64,000 bases of DNA. Origin: an uncultured Actinomycetes bacterium (GTDB taxonomy: Bacteria > Actinomycetota > Thermoleophilia > Gaiellales > Gaiellaceae). Positions 54,218-62,842 of the stretch are shown piece by piece. Under the pieces are notes generated by a model. The model saw only the letters and a list, made by a program, of their open reading frames with translations. It was not told where the DNA came from and made no database searches. Each line of letters begins with the position of its first letter. The first letter of the stretch is position 1. The position numbers and the translations under genes were made by a program. The stretch spans positions 72,915 through 136,914 of the forward strand of contig CAVPZH010000016.1 in assembly GCA_963710125.1 (NCBI GenBank). The letters run 5' to 3'.

Positions 54218-54390
54218 ACCAGTGCGCTGTCGTAAAGCTCGCCGTCGTGTAGAGGGCGAGCTCGCTCGCACGACCGTCCCATCCCCGACCGAGGAGGCCG
54301 CTATCCTTGTCACCCGCCTGACCTTCACACCGGGACCGGCGTCACGAAGTTCCACGACGAACGGGACATCCTCGGGATCATTCCTGAACT
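54218..54390 (+). mobile_element. IS256-family right-end fragment (last about 25 transposase codons plus right inverted repeat)
   Basis: 54238-54300 repeats 51023-51090 at roughly 88% identity (..CTCGCCGTCGTG.TAGAG..CTCGCTCGCACGACCGTCCC.TCCC..ACCGAGGAGGCCG). The fragment then continues into the sequence that is inverted-repeat to the left end. Confidence 0.7.
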
Positions 54391-54411
54391 GTGAGTGTGG
54401 TGGGCGGTGCC

Positions 54412-54894
54412 TTACCTAATGAGACGAATGACGAGCGATGAGTTGTTGGAGTTCTCAGTGCCGAGCTTCGTAATCGTGACTTCGCCGCCGGCGTTGCTGT
54501 ACTCACCTGTTCCGCCGAGCACGATGATCGTCTCGACGTGTGCGGTGAAGTTGAAATAGCCTGCGCCCTGAATTAGCCCGCCGGGCAGCGACATCGTCCC
54601 TGTGAAGAAGGCGGTCGTGGGCGAGGTGATCGTTGCGATGCCGTGGGTTGTTCCGATGCGCTTGCCGCGCTTTGTGCCGTGCCACTGGTAGAGGCCGTCG
54701 GTGAAGATGTATTGGTCGCCGAGTGTTGGCCCGCCGCCGCCGCTCCGGTCAACGTCGATCAAGCTGCCTCCCTGCTGCACGCTCAGGAGCGAGATGACCC
54801 TCTTTTGATCCCCTGCCGCGCCGGGCGAAACGCCGAACACCAGTCCCGCAGCTGTGACGGTCGCTGCAGCAAGCACGCAGATTCTGAGCATCAT
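54412..54894 (-). CDS. Secreted beta-rich protein (dirigent/allene-oxide-cyclase-like size and pattern), hypothetical
   Basis: Signal peptide MMLRICVLAAATVTAAGLVFG, then ..GDQYIFTDGLYQWHG.. and ..VLGGTGEYSNAGGEVTI.. Lower local GC. Confidence 0.7.
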   Translation of the reverse strand: MMLRICVLAAATVTAAGLVFGVSPGAAGDQKRVISLLSVQQGGSLIDVDRSGGGGPTLGDQYIFTDGLYQWHGTKRGKRIGTTHGIATITSPTTAFFTGTMSLPGGLIQGAGYFNFTAHVETIIVLGGTGEYSNAGGEVTITKLGTENSNNSSLVIRLIR

Positions 54895-54936
54895 CGTTTT
54901 CCTTGTCCGAGGATTCTCTGGGTCGGGAGCGTCATC

Positions 54937-55209
54937 TCAGCTGAGCGCTGCGACGACCAAGAAGGCAGCGGTCCAGAGGACGGGAATCGCCCCGAGGATG
55001 ACCGCGATGGTGGCCTCGCGTCCCCCGCCTTTGTGTCGCGCGGCGATCCCGAGGACGATTGCGACGAGCCCGACGAGCGGTCCGAGCGCCCAGAAGATCC
55101 CACCGAGCGTGAAGCCGCCGCCGATGTACAGCAAGAGTGACGCCATCCCGAGCACCAGTGCGATGCGTTCGTGTCCACTGTCCGCTCGTGTGACTGTCAG
55201 GTCGCTCAT
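54937..55209 (-). CDS. Small two-TM membrane protein (DUF4190-like pattern)
   Basis: The ATG at 55209 is preceded by GAAGGAG. TM segments are IALVLGMASLLLYIGGGFTLGGIFWALGPLVGLVAIVLGIAA and AVILGAIPVLWTAAFLVVAAL. Confidence 0.65.
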   Translation of the reverse strand: MSDLTVTRADSGHERIALVLGMASLLLYIGGGFTLGGIFWALGPLVGLVAIVLGIAARHKGGGREATIAVILGAIPVLWTAAFLVVAALS

Positions 55210-55401
55210 GTCCGCTCCTTCTGTGTCTGTCGGCGTCAAGGCGCCGGTCGACCACGACGGTATGAGCGCAGTGCGTCCCACTGCCAGGGGGCTCTGTCCC
55301 GACTGTGTCCCGGCACGCGTCACGAATCGCGTCCCGTCCCTGTCGGGCGGGCATGTTGGCGTCTACGCTCGCAGGATGAGACAAGCGGCGACGCCGAGGT
55401 A

Positions 55402-57450
55402 ATGGAGGCCGTGGCGACGACGCTCGTTGTCCCGGGCGCCCATCAGGGGCGTCGGGTGAAGGTGGGCTGGGCCGTTTTCGCTCTCACGTGCAGTGTCCTG
55501 GTCGTCGCGCTCGCGCTCGACATGGCCGCCGGGACGTACAAGACGCTTCCTTACCTGGGAATCAACGTCGTTCTCGCGGTGATCGGGGTTGTGTTGACGA
55601 CTCGAAGGCCTGAGCATCGGATCTCCTGGGTTCTGGCGATCATGGCGCTCTGGGGAACGGTCGGTGGCCTCTGCTACGCGTATGCAGTGGAGGCGCTCGT
55701 CGCCCACCCAGGTCAGCTCCCGGGTGGGCTCGTAGCCGCTTGGCTCGACAACTGGTGGTGGCTGCCGGGCCTGGCTCTGCCCCTCAGCGTGTTGCTCGTG
55801 TGGATGCCGGACGGCCACCTCGCATCCAGGCGGTGGTGGCCGATCCCCGCCGCCGTCGGTGTCGGGACGGTGCTTGGGTCGATGGCTGTCTCCACTTCTC
55901 CGACGTTCGACCTCGGCACTGCGACGCCGATCGAGAACCCGCTCGCGCGCGCCGGCGGCAGCATGATCGGCATCGTCGGCATCGTCGGCGTCGTCATCGT
56001 GATCGCCGGCTTGGTCGCCTCACTCGCGGCGTTCATCGTCCGGTACCGCCGCTCTGAAGGTGACGAGCGACAGCAGTTGCGCTGGGTCGGAGTGTCGCTC
56101 GGCCTCGCCGTGCCGCTGGCCATCACCGGCGCGCTGTTGTGGGGTGTTATTCCGGGCGCCGCGCTACTGACTGGGCTGGCCTTTCTCCTCCCGCCGGCGG
56201 GAATCGCTGTCGCGGTCCTCAAATACCGGCTCTACGAGATCGACCTCGTCATCAACCGTGCCCTCGTCTATGGCGTGATGACGATCGTCGTCCTAGCCAG
56301 CTATGTCGCCGTCGTCGGACTGATCGGCGCGACACTCTCATCCCGCGGCGACCTTTTCCTCTCGCTCATCGTGACCGGTGTCGTAGCCGTCTGCTTCCAG
56401 CCCGTGCGCGAACGCGTGCAGCGGTTCGTCAACCGGCTGATGTACGGCGACCGCGACGACCCCTACACCGCGATCGCAACGCTCGGCCGAACGCTCGCGG
56501 CATCGCTACAGCTCGACACCGTGCTCCCAACCATCGTCGAGACGATCGGCCAAACGCTCGCGCTCCAGTACGCCGGAGTCGCACTCGCCGACGACGCCTC
56601 ACGGGAAGCCGCGATCGTCGCCGAATACGGCATATCGAGCGGCGACTTCCTGACCTTCCCGCTTGTTCACCAGGGAACCGCGCTCGGCGAGCTCCGGCTC
56701 GCAGCACGCCCGGACGAGCGCCTACGGGAGCGCGACCACCACCTGATCGCCGACCTCGCACCCCAGGTCGCCGCCGCCGTCCACGCAGTCGGTCTCTCCC
56801 AAGAACTGCAACTGGCGCGACAGCGCATCGTCCAGCTCCGCGAAGAGGAACGCCGACGCATCCGCCGCGACCTGCACGACGGCCTCGGACCCGCACTGGC
56901 CGGGCTCACCTTCACACTCGAGGCCGTCCGTAACCTCACCGGCTCAGATCTCCAGCGCGCCGACCAACTTCTCGTCTCAGCCACCGAGCAGGTACAGACG
57001 ATGATCGGAGACGTCCGCCAACTCATCTACGGCCTTCGTCCACCAGCGCTCGACCAACTAGGGCTCGGAGCCTCACTCCACGGTCTCGCAACCCAGGAGT
57101 CCTCGCCCGAAACCTCCGTCACGATCGACGCTCCGAACTCGATGCCCCCGCTCCCCGCCGCAGTCGAGGTCGCCGCCTACTGGATCGCCCAAGAGGCACT
57201 GACGAACGTCAAACGGCACGCACACGCCCAAACCTGCAGCATTCGCGTCGCCGTCGAACCGACCGCGCTGAGACTCGAGATCTCCGACAACGGAGCAGGC
57301 CTCTCGATTGGGTCGACCGGTATCGGACTCCACACGATGAAGGAACGTGCGGCAGAGGTCGGCGGCACCTGCGAGATCGGCGACAGAACCGGCGGCGGGA
57401 CGCTCGTCATCGCATCCCTCCCACGCCTACCCACAGCTGCTCCCGCCTGA
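55402..57450 (+). CDS. Multi-TM sensor histidine kinase with GAF-like domain (HisKA_3 type)
   Basis: A polytopic N-terminal half, the H-box IRRDLHDGLGPALAGL and the HATPase blocks (YWIAQEALTNVKRHA, GIGLHTMKERAAEVGG). The stop overlaps the regulator's ATG. Confidence 0.85.
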   Translation: MEAVATTLVVPGAHQGRRVKVGWAVFALTCSVLVVALALDMAAGTYKTLPYLGINVVLAVIGVVLTTRRPEHRISWVLAIMALWGTVGGLCYAYAVEALVAHPGQLPGGLVAAWLDNWWWLPGLALPLSVLLVWMPDGHLASRRWWPIPAAVGVGTVLGSMAVSTSPTFDLGTATPIENPLARAGGSMIGIVGIVGVVIVIAGLVASLAAFIVRYRRSEGDERQQLRWVGVSLGLAVPLAITGALLWGVIPGAALLTGLAFLLPPAGIAVAVLKYRLYEIDLVINRALVYGVMTIVVLASYVAVVGLIGATLSSRGDLFLSLIVTGVVAVCFQPVRERVQRFVNRLMYGDRDDPYTAIATLGRTLAASLQLDTVLPTIVETIGQTLALQYAGVALADDASREAAIVAEYGISSGDFLTFPLVHQGTALGELRLAARPDERLRERDHHLIADLAPQVAAAVHAVGLSQELQLARQRIVQLREEERRRIRRDLHDGLGPALAGLTFTLEAVRNLTGSDLQRADQLLVSATEQVQTMIGDVRQLIYGLRPPALDQLGLGASLHGLATQESSPETSVTIDAPNSMPPLPAAVEVAAYWIAQEALTNVKRHAHAQTCSIRVAVEPTALRLEISDNGAGLSIGSTGIGLHTMKERAAEVGGTCEIGDRTGGGTLVIASLPRLPTAAPA

Positions 57451-58118
57451 TGAACGCCCCGATCCGAATCCTCATCGCCGACGACCATCCACTCTTCCGA
57501 TCGGGCCTCCGCGCTCTACTCGATTCGGTCGCCGACACCGAAGTCGTTGGAGAGGCTGCAACAGGCGAGGAGGCCGTCGAGATAGCACTGGCACTCACTC
57601 CGGACGTCGTCGTGATGGACATCAACATGCCCGGCCTCAACGGCATCGACGCCACCCGCGACATCCTCGACGAATCGGAAGACATCAATATCCTCGTGAT
57701 GACGATGCACGACGATGACGACGCTGTCTTCGCCGCCATCCGAGCCGGCGCACGCGGCTACCAGCTAAAAGGAGCCGCACAAAACGAAACGCTCCGCGCG
57801 ATCCGCTCTGTCGCCAATGGCGAAGCCATCTTCGGCCCAGGGATCGCCGACCGGCTCCAGCACTTCCTCGCCGCGCCACCCGCCAGAAACCCCAACCTCG
57901 CGTTCCCGCAACTCACCGATCGGGAACTCCAGATCCTCCAACTCCTCGCACAGCACAAGACCAACGCGGCGATAGCCGCCGAACTCTTCCTGAGCCAAAA
58001 AACCGTCCGCAACTACGTCTCAGCCATCTTCGCCAAACTCCAGGTCGCCGACCGCGCAGAGGCCGGACTCCTCGCTCGCACAGCAGGCCTCGGCGATCCA
58101 GGACCCGTGGGTCGCTAG
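57450..58118 (+). CDS. NarL/LuxR-family response regulator
   Basis: Receiver ILIADDHPLFRSGLRALL..VVVMDINMPG.. and HTH LTDRELQILQLLAQHKTNAAIAAELFLSQKTVRNYVSAIFAKLQV. Confidence 0.9.
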   Translation: MNAPIRILIADDHPLFRSGLRALLDSVADTEVVGEAATGEEAVEIALALTPDVVVMDINMPGLNGIDATRDILDESEDINILVMTMHDDDDAVFAAIRAGARGYQLKGAAQNETLRAIRSVANGEAIFGPGIADRLQHFLAAPPARNPNLAFPQLTDRELQILQLLAQHKTNAAIAAELFLSQKTVRNYVSAIFAKLQVADRAEAGLLARTAGLGDPGPVGR

Positions 58119-58405
58119 GTCGACCGAGCCGACGCACAGATCCGGCGTTCGTGTTCTGTTACTGGCACGGTTTGTACCCCTGTTCCCCGCTTCTCCGACC
58201 ACTTCGGTTCGCATTGCGGAGGGTCGGCCCACCTCTTGCCATCAGGAACACGCTCGCCCGCGCGAGGCACCGACCCGACTCGAGGGTACCCACCTCACCA
58301 GAGATCCGCGGAGCGAGGCGGCTTTTTGCATGGGCCGGTGTTTGCGAATGTCCCGAGCTTCCGCTTACTGCGGCGGAAGCACGTGGAGTCCGCCGCTCTG
58401 CGCGG

Positions 58406-59044
58406 CTAGCGAAGAGCCTGCTCGAACCGCGGGTCGTCGCGTACGGCAGCGAAATCGTCGTCCCTGCGTGCCTGCTCGCGGAAGGATGGGTGCAGCTCCA
58501 CTGACCGCCGGAGGTGGGCGAACGTTTCGTCGCCGGAATCGCCCGCGAGCGTGGCGAAGCACGCGTAGTTGTAATTGAGGCCGGGGTGGTCCGGCATGTG
58601 CTCGAGGCCACCGCGAACCGCTTCGACTGCGTCCGTATAGCGCTGCTCACCGTAGGCGGCCATCGAGTCTCGATGGAACGGCCACGCGTCACCCCAGTCG
58701 AGCGCCTGGTACGCCTCGCCGGGGGTGGCGCCGAGAGCGAGGACAGTTCCGTCGCCCGTCGCCTTCCGCTGCGACCCGGGCCGGACGAAGACGAATGTTC
58801 CTGCGGGCGCGTCGACCGTCTCGCCGTCGATCTCGAAGGTCGCGTTCCCGTCGAGCACGATGTACAGCTCTTCCTGACCCGAGCCCGACTCGTCATGCTT
58901 GCTGATGAGTGTCCCGCCCTCGCCAGGCGTGTAGGCGTTGATTCCGAATGCGCGGATCCCGAAGTGCTCACGTACGGGGATGTCTCTGTCGCGCCGCTCG
59001 ATGTCGTCGAGGCGCGCCACCTGCCAATTCGAATTGTCGTCCAT
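58406..59044 (-). CDS. Cupin-domain protein with a helical (TPR-like) C-terminal extension
   Basis: GINAYTPGEGGTLISKHDESGSGQEELYIVLDGNATFEIDGETVDAPAGTFVFV. The start is chosen at MDDNSNW. Confidence 0.7.
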   Translation of the reverse strand: MDDNSNWQVARLDDIERRDRDIPVREHFGIRAFGINAYTPGEGGTLISKHDESGSGQEELYIVLDGNATFEIDGETVDAPAGTFVFVRPGSQRKATGDGTVLALGATPGEAYQALDWGDAWPFHRDSMAAYGEQRYTDAVEAVRGGLEHMPDHPGLNYNYACFATLAGDSGDETFAHLRRSVELHPSFREQARRDDDFAAVRDDPRFEQALR

Positions 59045-59307
59045 CCAGCCTCCCCTCAAGCGCGGGTCCCTGGGAACGGCCGATCCTACTCGCCGTCGGG
59101 TGACTCCCTGACGAGTGACCCGCTCGAGCTTCCCGTGCGCTGCGCACGCAAGCCACATCCGCGGCCGTCCGCGGCCTTCCTTGGGGCGAGAGAGCTACCG
59201 ACCGGCCCCGAGACTTTGGGAGAGGCTCGCGATTTGGCACGGATTGGGCACGCTCCGTGACCGATTTGTAGCCTGTCGTCCACACCAATGTCGAGGAGGC
59301 CACGGGC

Positions 59308-59745
59308 ATGGGCACGCCGAGTGAGCAAGACCAGGTGATAACGGCGTTTCTCCGACAGGCGGACGAGCCAGAGGGCGTGAGCACACTCGAAGGTCAGCGG
59401 TACTGGGAACTCGCCGGAAACGAGCTCGGACGGATTATTTCGAGCCTGGGCGGCACCCCGTTGACCGCAACAGCCGCCGGTGAGCCTGCGTTGCTTTGCC
59501 TTGGTGAACACGGTGCCGCGATTGTCACCATCCGTGGCAACAGCTTCGTTGTGCACCGCGTCCGACGCGGAGCCGGCCCTATCAGCATCCGTGAAAGCGG
59601 CCCCATGCTGGCGGAGTTCAGCGAACGTGACTGCAACATCGAGATCGACGTGCCGGGGCTCCCCGGGCCGATCGTTGTCAGCGGACTCTCGCAAGCCGAC
59701 CTTCAGGGACGCCGCGACGCGATCTTTTCGGCGTTAGCGGACTGA
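59308..59745 (+). CDS. Hypothetical protein
   Basis: 145 aa, with GAGGAGG upstream of the ATG and a balanced composition. No family was recognised. Confidence 0.5.
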   Translation: MGTPSEQDQVITAFLRQADEPEGVSTLEGQRYWELAGNELGRIISSLGGTPLTATAAGEPALLCLGEHGAAIVTIRGNSFVVHRVRRGAGPISIRESGPMLAEFSERDCNIEIDVPGLPGPIVVSGLSQADLQGRRDAIFSALAD

Positions 59746-60015
59746 ACGCGGATTGAGAGCGTCTTAGCGACACCTTCGCCTCTCCTTCGCGAGCAGCGCC
59801 CCAGCGGATCGGTGCCAGGACTGGCCCGCAATTCCCGCCCCGACGCAAGGAACGCCGCGCATCCCGCTGCCAGTCGCCGCCGCGCGCTGACGGCGCGATG
59901 TGCGGCCCCGGTGCCGGCCCGCCGTTCTCAGGCCCTCCTGGGCCATCCTCGCACGCCTAGGAGCACCTCGCTGAGAGACGCCGCGAAGCACCTGGAGGCT
60001 CCGGCGCTCTCCGGT

Positions 60016-60327
60016 CTACCCGCGGGAAATCAGGTTGTGCAGCTCGTAGGAGGCGTCGCGATCGGGGGGCATGTTGCTGCCGGCTCCCAGCTTCGCCTCC
60101 AGCGCGGGCTGTAGCCGCTCGCGCCGGAACCTTTCCGAGTCCTCGTGGGTCTCCCACACCTCCAGCACCCGGAAGACACCGCCCTCCTCATCCCATCCCG
60201 CCGTGTGGACGATCATTCCGTCTGGAGGGTTCGTATCCAAGCTGAGATGCTCGCTGACGGCGTCGTAGTTCGTGGTCGACCGGTCATCACCAGCGATCTT
60301 GAACTCCTGAAGAACCACGAAGGGCAT
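60016..60327 (-). CDS. Small dimeric alpha/beta-barrel (ABM-like) protein, hypothetical
   Basis: 103 aa with ..MIVHTAGWDEEGGVFRVLEVWETHEDSERFRRERLQPAL.. The pattern is typical of this fold. Confidence 0.55.
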   Translation of the reverse strand: MPFVVLQEFKIAGDDRSTTNYDAVSEHLSLDTNPPDGMIVHTAGWDEEGGVFRVLEVWETHEDSERFRRERLQPALEAKLGAGSNMPPDRDASYELHNLISRG

Positions 60328-60481
60328 ACGGCTCCTCCTCGATCGGGAACCGCAAGCCTACGCCCGCGCCGAGCTCCCTCGCCCCGCGATCGACATCCCC
60401 CGGGCTATCGGAGTCCCTGCCCAAGCCGCCCGCCGTGCTCGGCGAGGAGGACGCCGCCGAGCGACCTGGCCTGGCTAGTCG

Positions 60482-60727
60482 TCAGATCGACTCTCGGAGT
60501 GCGTTTGCCGCGGCTTGCAGACGTTCACTGACGTCGGCTAGCTCTCGTGCCGCGATGTCCATGCGTTCTTGCTGCGCGTCCGAGCGTTCGTGTTGGCGGT
60601 CAGCGCGTCTCTGTTCGCTCTCGGCGCGTTCGTTGCTCTCGCTGAGCCGTTCCTCCATCGTGGCGACGATGCGAGTGAGTTCAGCCACCTGCGCAGCGAT
60701 GCTGGCGATGTCCGCTTCGGAGGTCAC
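60482..60727 (-). CDS. Small coiled-coil protein, hypothetical
   Basis: (V)TSEADIASIAAQVAELTRIVATMEERLSESNERAESEQRRADRQHERSDAQQERMDIAARELADVSERLQAAANALRESI. The start is uncertain. Confidence 0.3.
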   Translation of the reverse strand: MTSEADIASIAAQVAELTRIVATMEERLSESNERAESEQRRADRQHERSDAQQERMDIAARELADVSERLQAAANALRESI

Positions 60728-61545
60728 GCCTGCCGGAGTGTACGCCGAGAACCATGCGTGAGCACTCGGCGGGTCGAAGCGGACGCGCCCGAGTCTGTGG
60801 CGGGCAACGCCGCGCTTTCCGTTTCGCCTCCCGCTGTCAGAAGTCGGCAACCGGAAGGCCAAATGGCGGCACCGAGAGGGGGATCGGGCTACGACAACCA
60901 GGGTCAGGGGTGCCATGGACTTCCGCGCCCTCGCCGCCAAATACATTTGCGCGCGCAAATGGCTGACCGGCATTGCCACGGGCTTGGAGTCGCACGTGAC
61001 CCCGTCCCTCGGATCTAAGCCAGGCAAGGGCGGAGCAAGACACCGCGTAGCTCCGCGCCCATCGGCCTGGATACGCACCACGCCGTCGCAACCCACCGTT
61101 CGACGATGGCCTACCGAGCGGGTGGGGGGCCCCGCTCGGCGGCCCCCAGTGTGGTCGGGCGCTGCCGCACTGGGTAACGGCGCTCACCTACCACTCGGGA
61201 CCCTACTCCCGTCGTCCAGCCCCTCTCTTGCGGAGCACCACAAATGGCTGCGCCGTTTCACCCAATTTGCACGATTACCGATGTGGCCGCCAAGCGTTTG
61301 GGGGATGGACCTCGCTTGGCGGCCGTTCTGACTGCCTCGACGTGCCGAACGGGCTAACGCGCCAGGCATGAAGAGCCTGGAACCCGCAGACCGAGGACCC
61401 AAGGAGAAGGAAACGTCGCTGGCAGCACGTCCCGCGATACCCCAGCTCGAACGCCACCTGCGCAGCACTGACTCAGGCGACAAGCCCGACGAGGTCGGCA
61501 ACCTCGCGGCGGTGAGCAGCCGCTCCGTCATGCGATGATCCGTTT

Positions 61546-61806
61546 GTGCGGAGATTTGTGTACAAGATCGAGCCCGCCTCGCTGATCCCCGGCGATGCGG
61601 AGTACATCTTCGAGTCGGAAGAAGAGCTCAAGGCCGGGGACATCGTCGAGCGCGTAGGTCGTCGTCTGTTCATCGAACGAGTCGAAGACGACGACCCCGG
61701 TTGGGAGACGGAGACCGAGACCAGCGCAATCAGCAGAACGCTTCACTGCTACCTCGAGGTCGACCCTGACGCGTGGCCGGGGGAGGAAGACTGGGCGGGA
61801 GCCTAG
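61546..61806 (+). CDS. Acidic small protein, hypothetical
   Basis: 86 aa with a GTG start. It is preceded by a 56-codon ORF (61368..61538). No family was recognised. Confidence 0.4.
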   Translation: MRRFVYKIEPASLIPGDAEYIFESEEELKAGDIVERVGRRLFIERVEDDDPGWETETETSAISRTLHCYLEVDPDAWPGEEDWAGA

Positions 61807-61939
61807 ATTCTAGGTCCGAGGCCCCAGCTTCGCGACCACGGTTTTTCTCGCGACGTCTAGGCCGTGGGGCGACTGAGCTTGCTTGCCTGGACTCGAAACG
61901 TGGGCAACGAAAACCTGCCGTTTCCAGCGGGTTTCTCGA

Positions 61940-61981
61940 AGCGGATGAAGGGACTCGAACCCTCGACCTTCTGCATGGCAA
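61940..61981 (-). other. 3' half of a tRNA-Gly(GCC)-like gene (anticodon loop to discriminator), with no 5' half
   Basis: The minus strand reads TTGCCAT GCAGA AGGTC GAGGG TTCGAGT CCCTT CATCCGC T. These correspond to the anticodon loop with GCC, the 3' anticodon stem, the variable loop, the T-arm with the TTCGAGT loop, the 3' acceptor strand and U73. The upstream bases cannot pair as an anticodon stem, D-arm or acceptor. Confidence 0.6.
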
Positions 61982-62123
61982 AGACGCGCAACCGGAGAGC
62001 AGCAGCAGTCAGGAGGCGTCAACCCGCATTCCTGCGTGACATCGAGGGTCGCCCTTATGCCCTTCGACGCCGCGAACGGACACGGAAACCTGCCTAGGAA
62101 CCTGCCTATTCCAACGGTGGCGT

Positions 62124-62150
62124 GAGGGCCGGAGCCGCAGGCCGGCCCTC
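62124..62150. terminator. Perfect 9-bp-stem hairpin downstream of the minus-strand membrane-protein gene
   Basis: GAGGGCCGG-AGCCGCAGG-CCGGCCCTC. There is no U-tract, so its function as a terminator is uncertain. Confidence 0.3.
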
Positions 62151-62216
62151 AGGCAACTGTCCGCCTCCTCGGACCGGTACCCGAGCTCGCTTGTCCGTGG
62201 CGACGCTGCGCGCCGG

Positions 62217-62813
62217 TCAGCGGGCTTCCGGAGCTGGCTCGTCGAGCCGCAAGAACGTTCGGCGCGCGTGCCAGATGCCCCATGCGACCAGCGCGGCCAG
62301 CAGGGGTGTGCCGGTCACAATCGAGACGACCACGAAGCCGCCGACCCCGGAGTCGAGCAGCGCCCACAACCGGAGCCCGGCGCGGGCGAGACAAACGAGA
62401 CCCCAAACGAACGACTGCATGCCGAACTCCTGTCGGTACGGCTCGCCGGCTCGGAACCAGGGCGGAAACGGGTACCAAACGCCGGCGAACACGCCGATGA
62501 GCGGCCGACCGATCGCGATCGAGACGAAGAAGGCGAGGCCCAAGAGCGTGCTCAGGACGACCGGCTGCGCGAGGTACACGGTTGCGCTGTGCGAGGCCAG
62601 CCCGACCAGGGCCTGGATCACGACGAACGCCGCCCCCACGGCGATCAGCGTCAGGTCGTGGCCGCGCCACAGCACCCACGCGGCCAGCGCGAGGTACACA
62701 ACGGTCGAGGCAGCAATGGCCGGTGCGAGCCCCCACACCTTCCACACGGCGTAGAAGACGAGGACCGGCGCGACGGCCTCGCTGGCGAACTGCGGCAGTC
62801 CGCGTTGGAGCAT
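62217..62813 (-). CDS. Polytopic membrane protein of unknown function, co-transcribed with PadR
   Basis: MLQRGLPQFASEAVAPVLVFYAVWKVWGLAPAIAAS.. About 6 TM segments. It starts 30 nt after the padR stop. Confidence 0.75.
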   Translation of the reverse strand: MLQRGLPQFASEAVAPVLVFYAVWKVWGLAPAIAASTVVYLALAAWVLWRGHDLTLIAVGAAFVVIQALVGLASHSATVYLAQPVVLSTLLGLAFFVSIAIGRPLIGVFAGVWYPFPPWFRAGEPYRQEFGMQSFVWGLVCLARAGLRLWALLDSGVGGFVVVSIVTGTPLLAALVAWGIWHARRTFLRLDEPAPEAR

Positions 62814-62842
62814 CGACCGCCACGTCGGCTCGGGCAGATCCT

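Noticed and set aside
49667-54398. 8-bp target-site duplication flanking the IS256-bounded unit
   Set aside because: The flanks GCGAGACG and GTGAGTGT share only 4 of 8 positions. There is therefore no evidence for a single transposition event of the 4.7-kb unit at this site.
58290-58325. Rho-independent terminator after the response-regulator gene (CCGCGGAGCGAGGCGG followed by CTTTTTG)
   Set aside because: The stem is only about 4 bp and lies 180 nt downstream of the stop, which is too weak to report as a feature.
61368-61806. Toxin-antitoxin pair formed by the 56-codon and 86-codon adjacent ORFs
   Set aside because: The only support is the small size and adjacency. No recognisable toxin or antitoxin motifs are present, and the first ORF has weak coding character.
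61940-62030. A complete (class II, 87-nt) tRNA on the minus strand
   Set aside because: A 5' acceptor candidate (GCGGGTT) pairs at only 6 of 7 positions. The intervening sequence has no D-arm (no GG D-loop) and the anticodon stem does not pair. Only the 3' half is tRNA-like.
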